Part shown: in pieces, positions 62,715 to 64,000 of the stretch | How the letters are laid out: each line of letters begins with the position of its first letter | Position numbering within the stretch: position 1 is the stretch's first letter | Sequence record: MH791409.1 | From: Escherichia phage EcWhh-1 | Direction: 5' to 3' (one strand) | Length of the DNA stretch: 64,000 bases | Position numbers and translations under genes: made by a program | The notes under the pieces: model-generated | Told to the model about the DNA's origin: nothing | The model's input: the letters and a program-made list of their open reading frames with translations, nothing else | Databases searched by the model: none

Positions 62715-63998
62715 ATGAAAAAGATTAATGCATTAATACAAGAATCAACTTTGACGGCGGCCAACCAGGTCGCCCGTCCTAATCTTCTTTCATATACCCA
62801 GGCAACTAATAAAAGAATTTTTAAAGCCCTTGTTGCTGAACAAAAAACTACTCAACCTGTTGCAGCATTATATGGTGTCCGTGTTTTAAACCCAGACGAT
62901 AAAATGACTTATCTCGGCGGAGCCACTTTTGCAGGTGAAATTGGTATGTTCGAACGTAAAAACATTCCTGAGTTCACCGATAAAGACGAAGCATATGCTG
63001 TTGGCGATATGTTCCAATTCGAAAGTGTGGTTTTCAAGGTATTAGAAGCTTCTCCGTTTGCAGGAACAACTGAAACCGATTTGAGTGAAGTTATTTCAGA
63101 AGCTATTGCCGCGGGCCATATTCGTATGATGTCTGATGCAGCCTTTACCAATAAATTTGAAAAAGGCCATCCTGAGATTGCTGAAGCAGGGTTCCGTATT
63201 GATAAGTGGCAGACTGAAGTTAAATCGCGTAAACTTAAAACTTCTTTGACTGTGGAACTGGCCCAGGATTTAGAATCCAACGGGTTTAATGCACCGGACT
63301 TTATAGACAATATTTTGGCTATTCAAATGGCTGAAGAAATTAATAAAGACGTATTACAGTCCTTAATTACAGTAAGTTCTCGTTTTAAAGTCCAAGGAGT
63401 TTCTGAGAAAGGTGTCTTGAACTTAACAGACCCACAATACGATAACGCCCAAGACCGAGCACGTACCTTGTATTACTATATGTGTGAAATGAATTCTGCT
63501 GTTCAACGCCAGACTTCGTTTGCAGGTACTTATGCAGTAGCTTCTTCTCGCTGCGCTGCTATTTTAGCTGCATCCGGTTGGGTTGAGAAAAAAGAAGACC
63601 AAGACGAATTAGCTTATGGCGTATTAAAGAACGGTCTACCACTTTATGCCGATATGAATAGCCCGTGTGATTATGTTATTGTCGGTGTAAATGCTCAGAT
63701 GGGTGAAGGGCAGACGGTCGCATCTTTGTATTATGCGCCTTATACGGAAGGGCTCGAAGAGGTTGATGATGAAGGTGATACTTCAGTAGGTGAATTCAAG
63801 GTTATTGTAGACCCGGATTCATTGCAACCTACCATATCTTTATTGGCTCGGTATGCATTGACTGCGAATCCTTATACCGTCGCTAAAGACGACAAAGAAG
63901 CTCGTATTATTGATGGTGCGGATATGGACAAAATGGCTAATCAAAGTCAATTGAGTTCTTATCTTGGTGTAAAACTTCCTCCATTGGATAAAAACTAA
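62715..63998 (+). CDS. second gp24-like vertex protein paralog
   Basis: 427 aa, roughly half identical to the adjacent gp24 over full length; start abuts gp24 stop. Confidence 0.85.
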   Translation: MKKINALIQESTLTAANQVARPNLLSYTQATNKRIFKALVAEQKTTQPVAALYGVRVLNPDDKMTYLGGATFAGEIGMFERKNIPEFTDKDEAYAVGDMFQFESVVFKVLEASPFAGTTETDLSEVISEAIAAGHIRMMSDAAFTNKFEKGHPEIAEAGFRIDKWQTEVKSRKLKTSLTVELAQDLESNGFNAPDFIDNILAIQMAEEINKDVLQSLITVSSRFKVQGVSEKGVLNLTDPQYDNAQDRARTLYYYMCEMNSAVQRQTSFAGTYAVASSRCAAILAASGWVEKKEDQDELAYGVLKNGLPLYADMNSPCDYVIVGVNAQMGEGQTVASLYYAPYTEGLEEVDDEGDTSVGEFKVIVDPDSLQPTISLLARYALTANPYTVAKDDKEARIIDGADMDKMANQSQLSSYLGVKLPPLDKN

Positions 63999-64000
63999 AA

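Overview
This window is a contiguous piece of a T4-like (T-even, Straboviridae-type) myophage genome, recognised by recalled T4 protein sequences and conserved T4 gene order; no database search was run. Coordinates 1-31415 are a densely packed minus-strand early/middle region: rI, tk, a macro-domain protein, regB, denV, lysozyme e, nudE, capsid-targeted internal proteins, two tRNAs with a homing-endonuclease-like ORF, then 57B/57A and genes 1,3,2,4. Coordinates 31462-63998 are the plus-strand late morphogenesis block: baseplate 53,5,5.1,5.4,6-12, fibritin wac, neck 13/14, 15, terminase 16/17, sheath 18, tube 19, portal 20, prohead core 67/68/21/22, major capsid 23 and vertex 24. Fourteen copies of a conserved early-promoter-like element sit upstream of minus-strand genes, and TATAAATA late-promoter boxes precede several late genes. 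The most unusual feature is a tandem array of five small paralogous early ORFs (19686-20928) that all end in a W-[VFY]-[SP]-S-S-x-x-Cys C-terminus, with no function I can assign. Other notable items are a 768-aa fibritin with an internal foldon-like relic, a diverged tandem second copy of gene 24, six internal-protein genes, two nucleotidyltransferase-fold proteins and a macro-domain protein. Motif coordinates for promoters, terminators and tRNAs were read by eye and may be off by 1-2 nt.
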